From NCBI GenBank assembly GCA_973895155.1, contig OZ316896.1, positions 15,312,476 through 15,376,475 of the forward strand: 64,000 nt of DNA, written 5' to 3'. This stretch comes from Marsupella aquatica (lineage: Eukaryota; Plantae; Marchantiophyta). The position numbers were made by a program, and so were the translations under genes. Positions 26,454 through 40,482 of the stretch are shown here, in pieces. How positions within the stretch are numbered: the stretch's first letter is position 1; the number at the start of each line of letters is the position of its first letter. The notes under the pieces are model-generated. The model was not told where the DNA came from and did no database searches. It saw only the letters and a list, made by a program, of their open reading frames with translations.

Positions 26454-27405
26454 GTGTATTTTTGGAAGGTACTCAACGCTGGTTTCTTTTCTAACCTTTG
26501 TGCTCTTAAGTGGAACGTAGGAGATGGGATGTGCACTACCTGTATGGAGCACATAGAAATTATGGAACACATGTTCTTTGAATGCCCCAGATTGAGACCT
26601 TGCTGGAATCAACTTGAACACATCGTCGAGGGAACTGGGCTGCACAAAGCCAGTGGCTGTTCTTTTTTCGGAAAGATGGACACTGCCATTCGGTCACAAA
26701 AGCAAAACCCCTGCTATCTCTTGCTGATTCATCAGATGATCAGCAGAATTTGGATGGAGAGACGACAACGCACTTACCATGCCAACGCCACCCGTTTCCC
26801 CCTGCAACTCATCTTGCACGGGACTGCGGTGACTGTCCACACCACACTCCAACGTACCAGAAGCGGTTCTAAGGCTCCGCACCTACACAGGATTTTTAAT
26901 TGAGCTATCTCTGATGACTGACAGATCTGCGACAAGAAATCGCACCCCACGCGTTATCATTTCTGATGGTTGATTTTAGAAGTAAGTATAGCACTCAAGT
27001 ATGATCAACTGCTTAGAGAGACACAAGACTGAATGGACTGACTTTCACCCCCTTGTGAATGAGAGACTCAGGTCCAACTGTGATAGATACTATAGATGCT
27101 TGGGGGTGTGGACTACTGATCTGAAAGTGTGGCTTAGCCAGTGACTCAGGTTATGACTGTGAAATGCTGGTTGATCTTGATCCACTCTTGGCCCGAGTTG
27201 TGTTAGTTGGTTCCCGGTTGACTGGTGGCTGTTTTGCTCCCCGCTGCAGCACTTGGGTGTCTCTTGCACTGGTCCTCCGGGTTTCTGTGGCTTGTGTGTG
27301 GCCCTTTGGGCTTGTTGTTCTCTGTGCCGATGGTTTTCACCACGGTTTCTTTGAATGTCAATGTGCCCATAGTCGCTCCTTTATTTTAAATAAATATATA
27401 TATAT
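26454..27405 (+). mobile_element. 5'-truncated LINE (L1-like) 3' end
   Basis: FWKVLNAGF..CTTCMEHIEIMEHMFFEC (zf-RVT) and IWMERRQRTY, followed by a 3' UTR ending in an AATAAA/AT-rich tail at ~27390. Confidence 0.75.
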
Positions 27406-28963
27406 TAGATGAGTGCAATAGAATAAGTTGTCAAACAGCGGTGTTATTATGTCTATTGATAATCCCTCCCAAATGGCTACCCCTTCTTGTTCAGTTGAAC
27501 TGTAATTTCATCATCCACTCAGTGGGAGAGCAATAGAGCTCTATGTACTTTAATGACAACTACCATTTCAAGTGTTCTATGTCACTAACTTGTTAATGAT
27601 AGAACTCGTGATGAAGCCCAGAACTTTGATATTTGATACAACTCAATACTTAGGTAGGACAAAGATTAGTGATCCTTTTCAAAGTACTTCAAACTTTGAT
27701 TCCCTCAACGTTTGTTATTGGACGCATCCTTTGATTAGTTTCGTATGCTTGGTCTTTCATCAGCATTATGTAAGTTGGACACTCCATCCTGAGTTCATTC
27801 TGAGTCCAGGATGGATGGAAAAAATGGTGCTGTCAACTGTGGAAAGTACTCTAAAGACTAAGTGTGAGATAAGAGATACTAACAAATTGGTTTTCTCTCT
27901 TTCTACAAACTACGTCACAATGTGTTATACAATTCAGGTCTTCACGAAAGGAGACGCTCATCAGGGACGTGCAGCTGCGTGAATGAAAAACAATCAGTAG
28001 TGCTTGCTTCAACACAATTAAAAGTGAACATCTTCACCAACAATACCAATATCACACTGGCAGCATAATCTGTCCTCTTGGTCAGTCCTTCCTCCCTGAT
28101 ATATCAGTAAAGTGTGCGCCAGCTTCAACTTGGAGGTTACCGGTTACAGTGTGAAGCGTAGTATTTACTGTCCTGTTTTGGAAAGCAACAGAGGCTCAAC
28201 AAACGAACACAATACCTGAAGAATTGCTTTGACCAAACTTTAGAGTTAACTGAAACTACAAGAAGGAGTTTGAGCTGGGCTGAAGAAAGGGAAAGATAAG
28301 CAGCAGGGTTCCAATGCAGAAGCTCAAGTGTATACGTGACCTAAAATTGAATAGGCCTTGCTGTCTCTCCCACTCATTCACAAGGGGCGTTTCGGATCTA
28401 GATAAGCAAGCGTGGTCCTTGTGAGCGCGAAGATTTTCCTCAGAACCGGGAGCAGAGTAAAGAGACCTACCCCTTCCTCGGCAATAAACTGTAAGAGAGA
28501 GGAGAAGAATTGCACAAGATGGAGCTCAAGCAAAGGGCCAGGTTAATCCACACAAAGGAACAAACAAATCAATCATCCTTGAGTACCTTCAAGGTTGAAA
28601 GCAGGGGAAGGAAGAGTAACCCTATTTTCCCCCTCTAATCTAGCAAGTCTCTTTCCACAGTTGCACATCAGGAAGAAAAAACCAGTAATAAAAACTCGAT
28701 CCTACAATTAACGATTCAGAAGCTCCACTTATGCCTCTACTCTTTTATTATTTTGATGGTAACATGCATGTGCAAACTGAAGGTTTTTGCACCCAGCGAA
28801 CACTAAATATCGCAATCATCCAATCTTGTAACCAGTCTTAAGACTATGAAGCAGGGTTCGATGACATTCGAGAATCTCTCCTGCTCACTGAGCACGTCAA
28901 TATTTTACAATTTTCCGAAACGTCAAAACCAAAATGATGGGATAGACAAATTGGACCATCGAC

Positions 28964-29272
28964 TCATTGTCTCCTCCCACGGCTTTTCTTAGCTGGTTGT
29001 TGCACCACCGGAGGCTGTGGTACTTCCTCCAACACTTCAGCGTCAGGTCCTCGAGCCATCAAAGTGAAGAACAAGTTGTTCAGCTTCTCCATCTTCTTCG
29101 CATCCTGAGCTTGATCTGTCGCGAACTTCAGGCAGACGCGATCATCGGTAACTTTGAGGACCAATTTCCCATCGCAGTGCCTGTACTTCATCACATAGCG
29201 GGTGGCCACGGGATCGGCACGGAAGAGAAGTAAAGCCCGCTCCGAAAAGTCGTCCCACGATTCAATGTACAT
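28964..29272 (-). CDS. SRP9: Signal recognition particle 9 kDa protein
   Basis: MYIESWDDFSERALLLFRADPVATRYVMKYRHCDGKLVLKVTDDRVCLKFATDQAQDAKKMEKLNNLFF is typical plant SRP9. The CDS is uninterrupted (102 aa), with a splice acceptor (ctgcag) ~40 nt upstream of the ATG. Confidence 0.95.
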   Translation of the reverse strand: MYIESWDDFSERALLLFRADPVATRYVMKYRHCDGKLVLKVTDDRVCLKFATDQAQDAKKMEKLNNLFFTLMARGPDAEVLEEVPQPPVVQQPAKKSRGRRQ

Positions 29273-29589
29273 CGTGCACAGCCTGTCCCTAGCTTCGGTC
29301 AACCCCGTCTCCTGCAGGCAGGCTCTATGAATCCGTCGCAGATGAACAACAACGATAAACGGATTGATCGATCTGCAGATTTCCAGTGGAGAACATACGC
29401 TCGTGAATAGATTGGCTTTCTCACCGTTTACACCATTTCTCTCCGTTCCATATTCGGACACGGAGGAAATCATACAGCCATCCCGCTTTTCTACAGAGGA
29501 AATCTCCGCAGGTGAGAGAGCCTTTAAAGGGTTGACGCAGATCGAGCTTCCTTGGCAGCTAAACAAATAAACCCTAGCGGCAGATTAAA

Positions 29590-29720
29590 AAATCTACAAT
29601 GGAAATCTACAATTAGGGGGAGTCAATTAGGTGTTGGAAATCTACAATGAATTTCTACAATTAGGGGGTGTCAATTAGGGGTTGGAAATCTACATTTAGG
29701 GGGTGTCAATTGGGGGGTGG
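29590..29720. repeat. Short tandem repeat (GGAAATCTACAATTAGGGGGnGTCAATT) upstream of SRP9
   Basis: The AATCTACAAT / TTAGGGGG(A/T)GTCAATT unit repeats 3-5 times. Confidence 0.75.
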
Positions 29721-31569
29721 TCAAAGATGCTCCCTGCACCTGACTAGGGAAATCTGTTCTACGTTAGGACAGGACACTGACGTAGAACAGATGCTCCTAG
29801 TGGACTGGAGTATGGCAAATTTTGCGCTTCACTAACAGTTTTAGCGACTTTAGGTGAGAATTAGGGAGTGTTTTTTGTCTACTTGACATAAAACTCTTTT
29901 GTCTCTTTGGACCACGTTTTCTTTCCTTTTCATTTGTACTTTCTGTTTTTCCTGGTTTATAAACTTAGGTGGAATTCATTTTTGTCTCTGGTGGTTCTCG
30001 TTAGATGTAGGGATATCTAATGGTCCAGAAATTAATCTAAGATGATAATATTATGTAAGGAAAATTTTGAAAATCTTTTACTTCACACCTCCTGACATTT
30101 GCCACTCTGGAAAAGAAAGGAAAAGAAATACTAGGGCTGCATAGTACGGGGTTGGTTGACTGTGGAGCACTCTGAGGGCTAGAGGGGCTGGGGTTGCAGG
30201 AAAATGTCCATGGGCTAGGGGCCAGCAAGTCCCTTCAAAAGGAAGGGCCCCGTCATGGCTTTTTTCCCTGGAGAGCCCCATCAAGCCATGAAGTCTTTTT
30301 CTCACATTGGCAACCTAGAAAAAAACAATTCAGTTGGGCCCAGAGTGTGATATAATGCCCCCAAATTGAGGACTCTAGCCTAAATTTTGAGTGGACATAA
30401 TGGCCCCACAATGGCCATAATTAAAAAGTTAATTTGCAAAAATTCAAAAACAAAAAAAGTGAATTAAGGGTCATCCTCCAGTGTAAGGAAGAAGAAGAAT
30501 GAATTAAAATGCCAGGAGTTTAGGCCATTTCTTTGTTTTACACAGTAATAATGCGTTTATACTTCGAGTTACATACGCCGATGAGTTTGCAAAATTCAAA
30601 CTCATGGAAGTCTTTACGTATGAAAGAAAAGTAGCACGAGAAAATTCTTGAAGGGATATCAGTATGAGAAAGGTGCGAGAATTATGTACTGGATCAAAAA
30701 CTACTCTAATGAGAATGGAGGAGGAGGAAACGTTCGGCCCAAGAATGACCTGCACGCCTAAAAAGACCCCACAGTCTCCAGAGGATTTCCTGAGTTGCGC
30801 ATTCGATTGGACTATCAGTGCATTGGGATGCAAGTAATTCGCTTCTTTTTAGGAAACAGCAATGGAAGAAACCATCAGAGCGGGAACCCAATGTCACATA
30901 ATGGTGTTTGCATTTGTAGAGGCCTGACTAGACGAGAGAGACACCATTGCGTCACACTCAATTGAAGTGACCCACAGAGCCTCCAACGAGAAAGGTTTTA
31001 TTTCTTTTCTTTGTTTCTTAAGGGCGAGGTATTCTGGATTTACGAGGTGTAGAGTACACTGAAAATTGGAGGACAAAGATGAAAGGCAGGGAAGTTGCTT
31101 GGCGCTGGCTGCAGAAGATGGTGGAGCGGCGCTTTGAAGGACTACCACGCAGGGCCTTTCTCAATTCTCTGTCCCAAAGCCTTCAGTGAGTGATCTCCTT
31201 GGGGCTTAATGCTTGTTCGCTTGTTCTTCTGGGCCCTTCTTTCCTAGATCACTATTCGCCGCACATCTGGTTTCATCTCAAAATTCAGTTGCTCTGTTCT
31301 GCACAGGAAGAAGGTGTAGATTAGTATTTGAAATCTGATCTGAATGTCGTTCACCTGTCTGGACTCTTATAAGTGACACTCGGGCGCTCCTCTTATTCGA
31401 GTCCTGTCCTTGCCGACGAATTTCTGTCTCCGGAGTCTTCTCAGTGTGTAGACTGCTAAATGTGTACCAAGTTTGAGCTACAAACTCCCTTGGAAAGAAC
31501 GCCTCCTCATTTACAAGATAAATTTGCGATTGGTCTGGCCTTGTGTGGTATGGTCGTAAGCTGTTTCAG

Positions 31570-33427
31570 ATGTATGTACAGAAGTTCGTTATTTTCTAGG
31601 ACAAAGCGTTTATTATCGGAAAAGCATTGTCTCTGTAAGCAGGGAATATCCGCAGCTCAGAGGGAGGGAACAAGTGGTGAGTGACCGAATCGAAGAGCTC
31701 TGCAACCAAGGCATCCAACGCCACTCTAGTCTTGCTATAGACAGTCGGGCTCAAATCCATCTGCAAGTATGACATTTTGTAACGCTTTGACTTGCTCCTT
31801 GTCAATTTTTAAACCTCATTTGATTCAAAACTCTTATTATCCTAAACCTTTGTCGGTTGAGATGTCTCGAAACTTTGAGTTCTCTCTTGAATGGTTACCA
31901 CGACCCTCAACAACAATTTGAACTAATCTAAAGCAGAAGGGTGGCAGAAGCCACAGTGCTGCAAGCAAAAAGTGGGATGTAATCGAAACCACAATTTTGT
32001 AACTTGAAACAGCGCAAGTCTACATACAAGGAGCCAAACGTTGTTTGGGATCAGTGAACATCTCAATAGCAAGATATATCGACATTCCAGTGTGAATTTG
32101 GGAATGCAGATGGCGTGTTTGGTTCAGGCCTCTTATAAGACGCTCCTGCCATGGCTGGGGAATGATCGAGAGAAAGTAATCGAGATAATCAGGAAGCCTG
32201 TTGGAGAGAGCGCAGCAGGGCCCGTGGGCTTTGCTCAGAGATTTGTGCTCTTTTTCCATTTGAACAAATTTAAATTTGTTTCCAACTCTTTGAAGCTCAT
32301 GGAAGCAGACTTTGGTAGGGCCTTCACTCTTTCACACCAAGTCAGCCCGGGGTAAGAGCCGACCACTCTCCATGCAGATGCTCCTCTTGAGGATCCAGCA
32401 CTCTCTACAGGATCTCAGGATTCCCTTTCCAAATTTTCTGGTGGATGATTTATTCCTCGTGAATTTCAGTTTTACCCAGGTCGAGTGTTTCATGGGCTTA
32501 AAATGGGGCTCTTACTTGTTCTTTTCGTCCTTTATGTAGGGTTCAATTACTTCAGGTGTTACTGTAATCCAATACAATGTCTTCAATGTCCAGATATCAC
32601 ACATTGTGGGACTGGCTTTTAACTGAACCTAAACGAATTATGTCTTTACAAAGGCTCTTTCTGCAGTTCCTAGTCGGTTGCTGACCTCCTACGTTTTGGC
32701 AGCATACACAAAGTGCGTGTGAGTAGATGCTTATATCATTCAGTGTTTAGTGCTGAAGACCTTCCCGAATTGACTCCTATTTTCTGTGCACTGGACAGAA
32801 TGTGGTATGTCTGCTATCCTATCCACTGCAATTCTATCTTAGCAAATTTGCCAGTGCTCTTCTGAATCCCATCATTATTTCTTTTGTAACATGGAGTTTC
32901 ATGCCATAACTGCCCGCTCCAGCCTCTATTCATCCACAACTCCTGATACTTTTATGAATCTTTGTGTAGTGGAGTGTGGTTGCTGGTGCTATTTTCAAGT
33001 ATACTGTATTTATCTCTTCTCTATGTTGGGTGAACTTTGAAGATGTTGCTCTTCTACCACTCTTGACGTTGTTATTCATGCATCAAACGTTACAGGCATT
33101 GTCAACTCGTCCAACTCACGTTTCTAGAGCGGAAGGTCATTGTGTATTGTACTCATTGAGGATCCAAAGTACCTGTTTTAACCTTCTGAACATTTTCTAT
33201 TCCGTTGGTGTCATTAGTGTTGATTCTGACCTCGTGTGGGGTTCCTTGCTAGGTTTGACCAACTACGACCTCAGAAACACGGGGTAGAGTTTTTGAGGCC
33301 ATCCACACTGGCAAATGGTGATGCTGAGTGTGAGTTCATTGTGAAGAAGGCTTGTCTGAAAGAAGACCCCAAACAACGTATGTCTGAGAATGGTCTCTCT
33401 ACCATTCTCGACAAGCTTCGGATGTAA
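31570..33427 (+). CDS. Spliced gene for an ATC-hydrolase-like (PF14196-like) protein; N-terminal exon(s) uncertain, possibly from ATG 31079
   Basis: Phase-consistent GT-AG exons: ~31570-31767 (...ELCNQGIQRHSSLAIDSRAQIHLQ), 32110-32351 (MACLVQASYKTLLPWLGNDREKVIEII...MEADFGRAFTL), 32703-32804 (IHKVRVSRCLYHSVFSAEDLPELTPIFCALDRMW) and 33253-33427 (FDQLRPQKHGVEFLRPSTLANGDAECEF...stop). The pattern V.RC.Y...ELTP..CA.D..W...F.R..T...G...C.F fits this family. Confidence 0.75.
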
Positions 33428-34578
33428 ACCTGAAATTCGTTGGAGGATCACTTTTATTCAATTGTGGTGGCAGACCAAGGTTCCGTACTCCATTAAGTTA
33501 GTGCGCATAAGAATCCTCAGAAGTATACAACAGCTTACAGTAGACACAGGACCCGATAATAGCCGTGGCTCTCAAATTCCACTAGGAAGCTCAGGCGCAT
33601 GTAAAGAAATCACTAGCACCGCACCAGTGATGAGACTTCAAATCTGTACATAGTAACACAAGACGGCACAATTATTACCGGTTTGCTTGCTTCTTAATTG
33701 CGGCACATAATGTTTAATGAAGTCTCAAGAGGAGCGTTAGTAAGGTGCAACGGTTGCGGTACTGTCGTTTACACTCTTGATATCATATCAATGTGGGTTA
33801 TCTTGGCGAGTGCAAACGCGAGGCTGCACCAAATGGAGCTAATAGAAGGAGCCAATGCACTCGTGATAAACTGGCTTCCATGTGTTTCAATTAACAGAAG
33901 CATCAAACTGATATACCCGTCAACGGCTCACAAGAGACCTGGAGAGCCCACTCACATCAAATTGTTAAAAGTCAACCCGTGAAACGTGCCCACAACTAAG
34001 ATGAGTATTTATGTAAAAAGAAGGGACGGAAGGAAAATCTATTGTACTGATCTCTGCAGTTAGTGCCCCCACTGAAATAATCAAGCAAAAACCACATTCA
34101 TACGTCCACAAAGTTCTAAGAATGACACCACCGTAAAAAGTCTTCCACACCAATCCAGAATCCTTCGAGTCTAATAAAGCATTCCACTGCGCATAGTGTA
34201 GGCTACATGAGACCAACTTGAGACCAGATGAGAACACACAGAGATGGGCTGATGCAATAAAGAAGATGCAGAAAACATGGCGTGTGAATTGAAATCTGTG
34301 GCACAGGTGAGATGAAAAAAATCCTGGCCAGCATTCGAGCACTACTAACCTTTTTCATTTTCTCATGTAGGTCAACTAATGTGCACTGTACTTTTTAAGT
34401 GTACATCAATCTCACTACATTTCTCTCTATTTCCTCCCCAGGTATAATAGTCAGGGTAACGACCTAATGTACAAGACTGATGGGCTGACCTGGAAATACT
34501 GGAGCAATTAGCACATGCAATCCATAATCGAAGCCAATCTTAACCTACTGAATGACACCAAATTCCAGTTAGAGAACC

Positions 34579-37594
<3,016 letters not shown>

Positions 37595-37857
37595 TACGAT
37601 GGCCGTTTCTCAAGCTCCTCTCCTCCCGAGTCTAGATGCTTATTCTTCCTGCAGTGAGCTATCACCTCCGCTGCTGGTCTCGATAGTCGACGACACTTCT
37701 ATGCTGCGGAGGTTCGCGTTCTCGTAGCTCCTCCTCCTCCGCCACCGGAAAATCTCCGCAACATTTCGCGTTTCGCGCCTACCGAAGAGTCCGTAGTGTA
37801 TTGTTGTTTGTTGTGTAAAACAAACCTTGACGATCGACAAACTGCGTAAATTGTTCT

Positions 37858-38325
37858 GTCGTCGTCGTCGTCCACTCGCTTTTCGCAATGGAGAAGGAGG
37901 ATCGGACCGGAGCTGACCCGAGCCAAAGAGCCGAGGCTCGTCGTCGTTGTTCACTCGCTTTTTGGAATGGAGAAGGAGGAGCGGACCGGATCTGAGCCGA
38001 GCCAAAGAGCCGAGGCTCGTCGTGGTCGTCCACTCGCTTTTTGCAATGGAGAAGATGGTGCGGACCGGAGCTGAGCCGAGCCAAAGAGCCTAGGCTCGTC
38101 GTCGTTGTCCACTCGCTTTTTGGAATGGAGAAGGAGGAGCGGATCGGAGCTGAGCCAAGCCAAAGAGCCTAGGCTCGTTGTTGTTGTCCACTCAATTTTT
38201 GGAATGGAGAAGGAGGAGCGGACCGGAGCTGAGCCGAGCCAAAGAGCCAAGTCTCGTTGTGGTCGTCCACTCGTTTCTTGCAATGGAGAAGAAGGTGCGG
38301 ACTGGAGCTGAGCCGAGCCAAAGAG
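37858..38325. repeat. 79-bp minisatellite, 6 copies, just upstream of eIF4A-III
   Basis: Unit GTCGTCGTnGTCCACTCGCTTTTTG(C/G)AATGGAGAAGGAGGAGCGGACCGGAGCTGAGCCGAGCCAAAGAGCCnAGGCTC. Confidence 0.95.
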
Positions 38326-38383
38326 GCGGGGGATTGGAAGGGGAAGCCGGAAACAAGGATGAGACTCTTTCTCTCATCGTTGT

Positions 38384-38505
38384 GGAGTAAATAATAGTTT
38401 AAGTACCTAATTTGAAGGAAAAAGGACCAATTTACTAAAACTATTATTCATTATGTCGCCTTCAAATTGAGCAAAATTAATAACTTGCCCCCTAAACTAG
38501 TTTTA
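38384..38505 (+). mobile_element. Mutator/MITE-type terminal repeat, copy 1
   Basis: AATAATAGTTT...ACCAATTTACTAAAA...AAAATTAATAACTTGCCCCCTAAACTAGTTTT is repeated at 58598-58712. The GAGTAAAT start and CCCCCTAAACTA are typical of MULE-derived MITE ends. Confidence 0.6.
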
Positions 38506-39224
38506 ATTACTATATTTCCCCCTTGCAATGAATTAGATGGCCAGATATTAGTTGGAATGTGAGGCTAAGATTAATGCATGGGGAAGCTTACTAATTTGGG
38601 GGGGGGGGGGGGGGGGGCAACCTAAGAAGATTGTGCAGTTTTGATGGAAAACATAGTAAGAAACAGTTTACTACAAAGGGCGGAGTACCAGGCCCGTGAC
38701 CAAAATTATTTGGTCCTCATAAGCTGAAAATGTCATTTTCAGTGGACTTCTTTGGTGTTAGGTCTATGGAATGACTTCCATTCTCCATTAACTAGAGGAG
38801 TTGGGTTCAGTCTTTTACCATGTATATAACCTATTACATTTCCATATAGTATTGCTATAAGAGTATCATGACACTGGAAAGTTCCTATGTCTATTCAAGT
38901 AGCTACATCAAATATTTGAACCCTCAGGTCCCAGCCAGGTTTTGTGTAAGGAATCCCTTAACAATGAGATTGTTGAGGGGAAAACTCCTGACCATGTTTA
39001 ACTTAGGTTGACTCTTACTAGTTGTTAAATAAACAGCGTGGCATTTTCATCATTTTAGAGAAACATATGGCAATGTAACTAATCTCATATAATATAATCA
39101 TTGTAAGTAGATATGTAGCATAATATGTTAGGCTTGTATTTGTAGCTTGATATTGAAGACCAAAATGACAAAAAACGTGTGTCTGCTGCAACTTTGTCAT
39201 CCACTAGTCCACTAACAATTAACT

Positions 39225-40482
39225 CCTATAATACACCGTTGCGTTACTTTTTGAAATGGTTGTCATTCAAATTTTGAGAGGCTTTTTGAGTGAAAGAAAA
39301 GGGAACTGTAAAAAGAGAAAGGAATAAGAGAAAATCATTATGTAAAAGTCTTCCCCTTTGCCATCCATGCTACCCATGCTCCTCCCTCTACCATCCATGC
39401 CAATCATGCATACAAAATGCTCCTCCCTCTACCATCCATCCCATACTATGCCCTGTTGAGCATAGACGACATTCGTAACAGCAAGCCCATGAACCATCCA
39501 ACGCACAATAGTCGACACAGAGAGATACGTGGTTCACCTCCACATGAGGCTACGTCCATGGGAACACATGAGCCATACCAAGCATCCACAGCACAAGCTC
39601 TCCCTATCTCTCAACTAGCTCCGTAACAATGAGCCTAAGTTCCACCAGGGTCTGGCATCAGCCCTGGATTTATGTACAACAGCACTACCGCTAACATTAG
39701 CTAAGTCCTAACCCGAGTTAGACTAACTGTGGTTAGCTCATGAGTCACAAAACTAGAGCAATATCTAACATGCCCCATGTCATATCATCCATGCAAAGAG
39801 TAAAATATCATGAGAAGAATTTAATGACATATATTTTACATAATCAAGAAAATAGTGCACAATCTAATCAATGAGACGAAGACAAGACAAGAAAAATAGT
39901 GAAAAGGAGGAAGGTTTTAAAAGATATAAATTAAAAGACAAAAAAATCATTTTCATCTTGTTGTACTTTGGTGGTGGTTGTTGCCTCTGAGCTTTGTGTC
40001 ATGACATCTTTCACTCGACAATTTTTTACGCAATGAGATCTTTCTAACAAAGATATATTTCTCACCATGATATTTTTCAACTACATCTTTAGCACAACGT
40101 CATCTATTACGCATTGACATCTTTTGCTGAACGATATCTTTAGTCAACTACATCTTTTGTGCAACGACATCTTTCGAGCAACCACATATTTTACTTAACG
40201 ATATCTTTTATTTAACAATATTGTAAATGCAATGACGTGTTTACACAACAACATCTTTTGTGCAACAGAGACTTGGCAACATATATGGCTAACAAACATC
40301 ATTTTACTTATGGACCGTATTGTACTTATTAACAACAACTTTATACTTAACAACATCTTTTCTCTTAACGACATCTTGGGCGTAGTGACATCTTTTGTCT
40401 CAACTACATTGCAACATGACATCTTTTCTCTTAACGACATCTTGGGCATCATGACATCTTTTGTGCAACGCACGGGTATTGA
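39225..40482 (+). mobile_element. Non-autonomous Helitron containing a nested solo LTR
   Basis: Collinear with 24845-25783. 3' end GTGCAACGCACGGGTATTGAG at ~40463-40482, with the terminal CTAG lost. Confidence 0.8.
39454..39770 (+). mobile_element. Solo LTR, family A, with perfect TSD TGCCC
   Basis: TGCCC|TGTTGAG...CTAACA|TGCCC. The empty site is visible in the sister Helitron at ~25075. Confidence 0.93.

Noticed and set aside
29273-29566. 98-aa N-terminal extension of SRP9 given by the ORF track
   Set aside because: Non-ATG start, no homology, and it crosses a probable 5' UTR intron acceptor.
38597-38617. Poly-G run
   Set aside because: Simple homopolymer of uncertain length, with no evidence of function.
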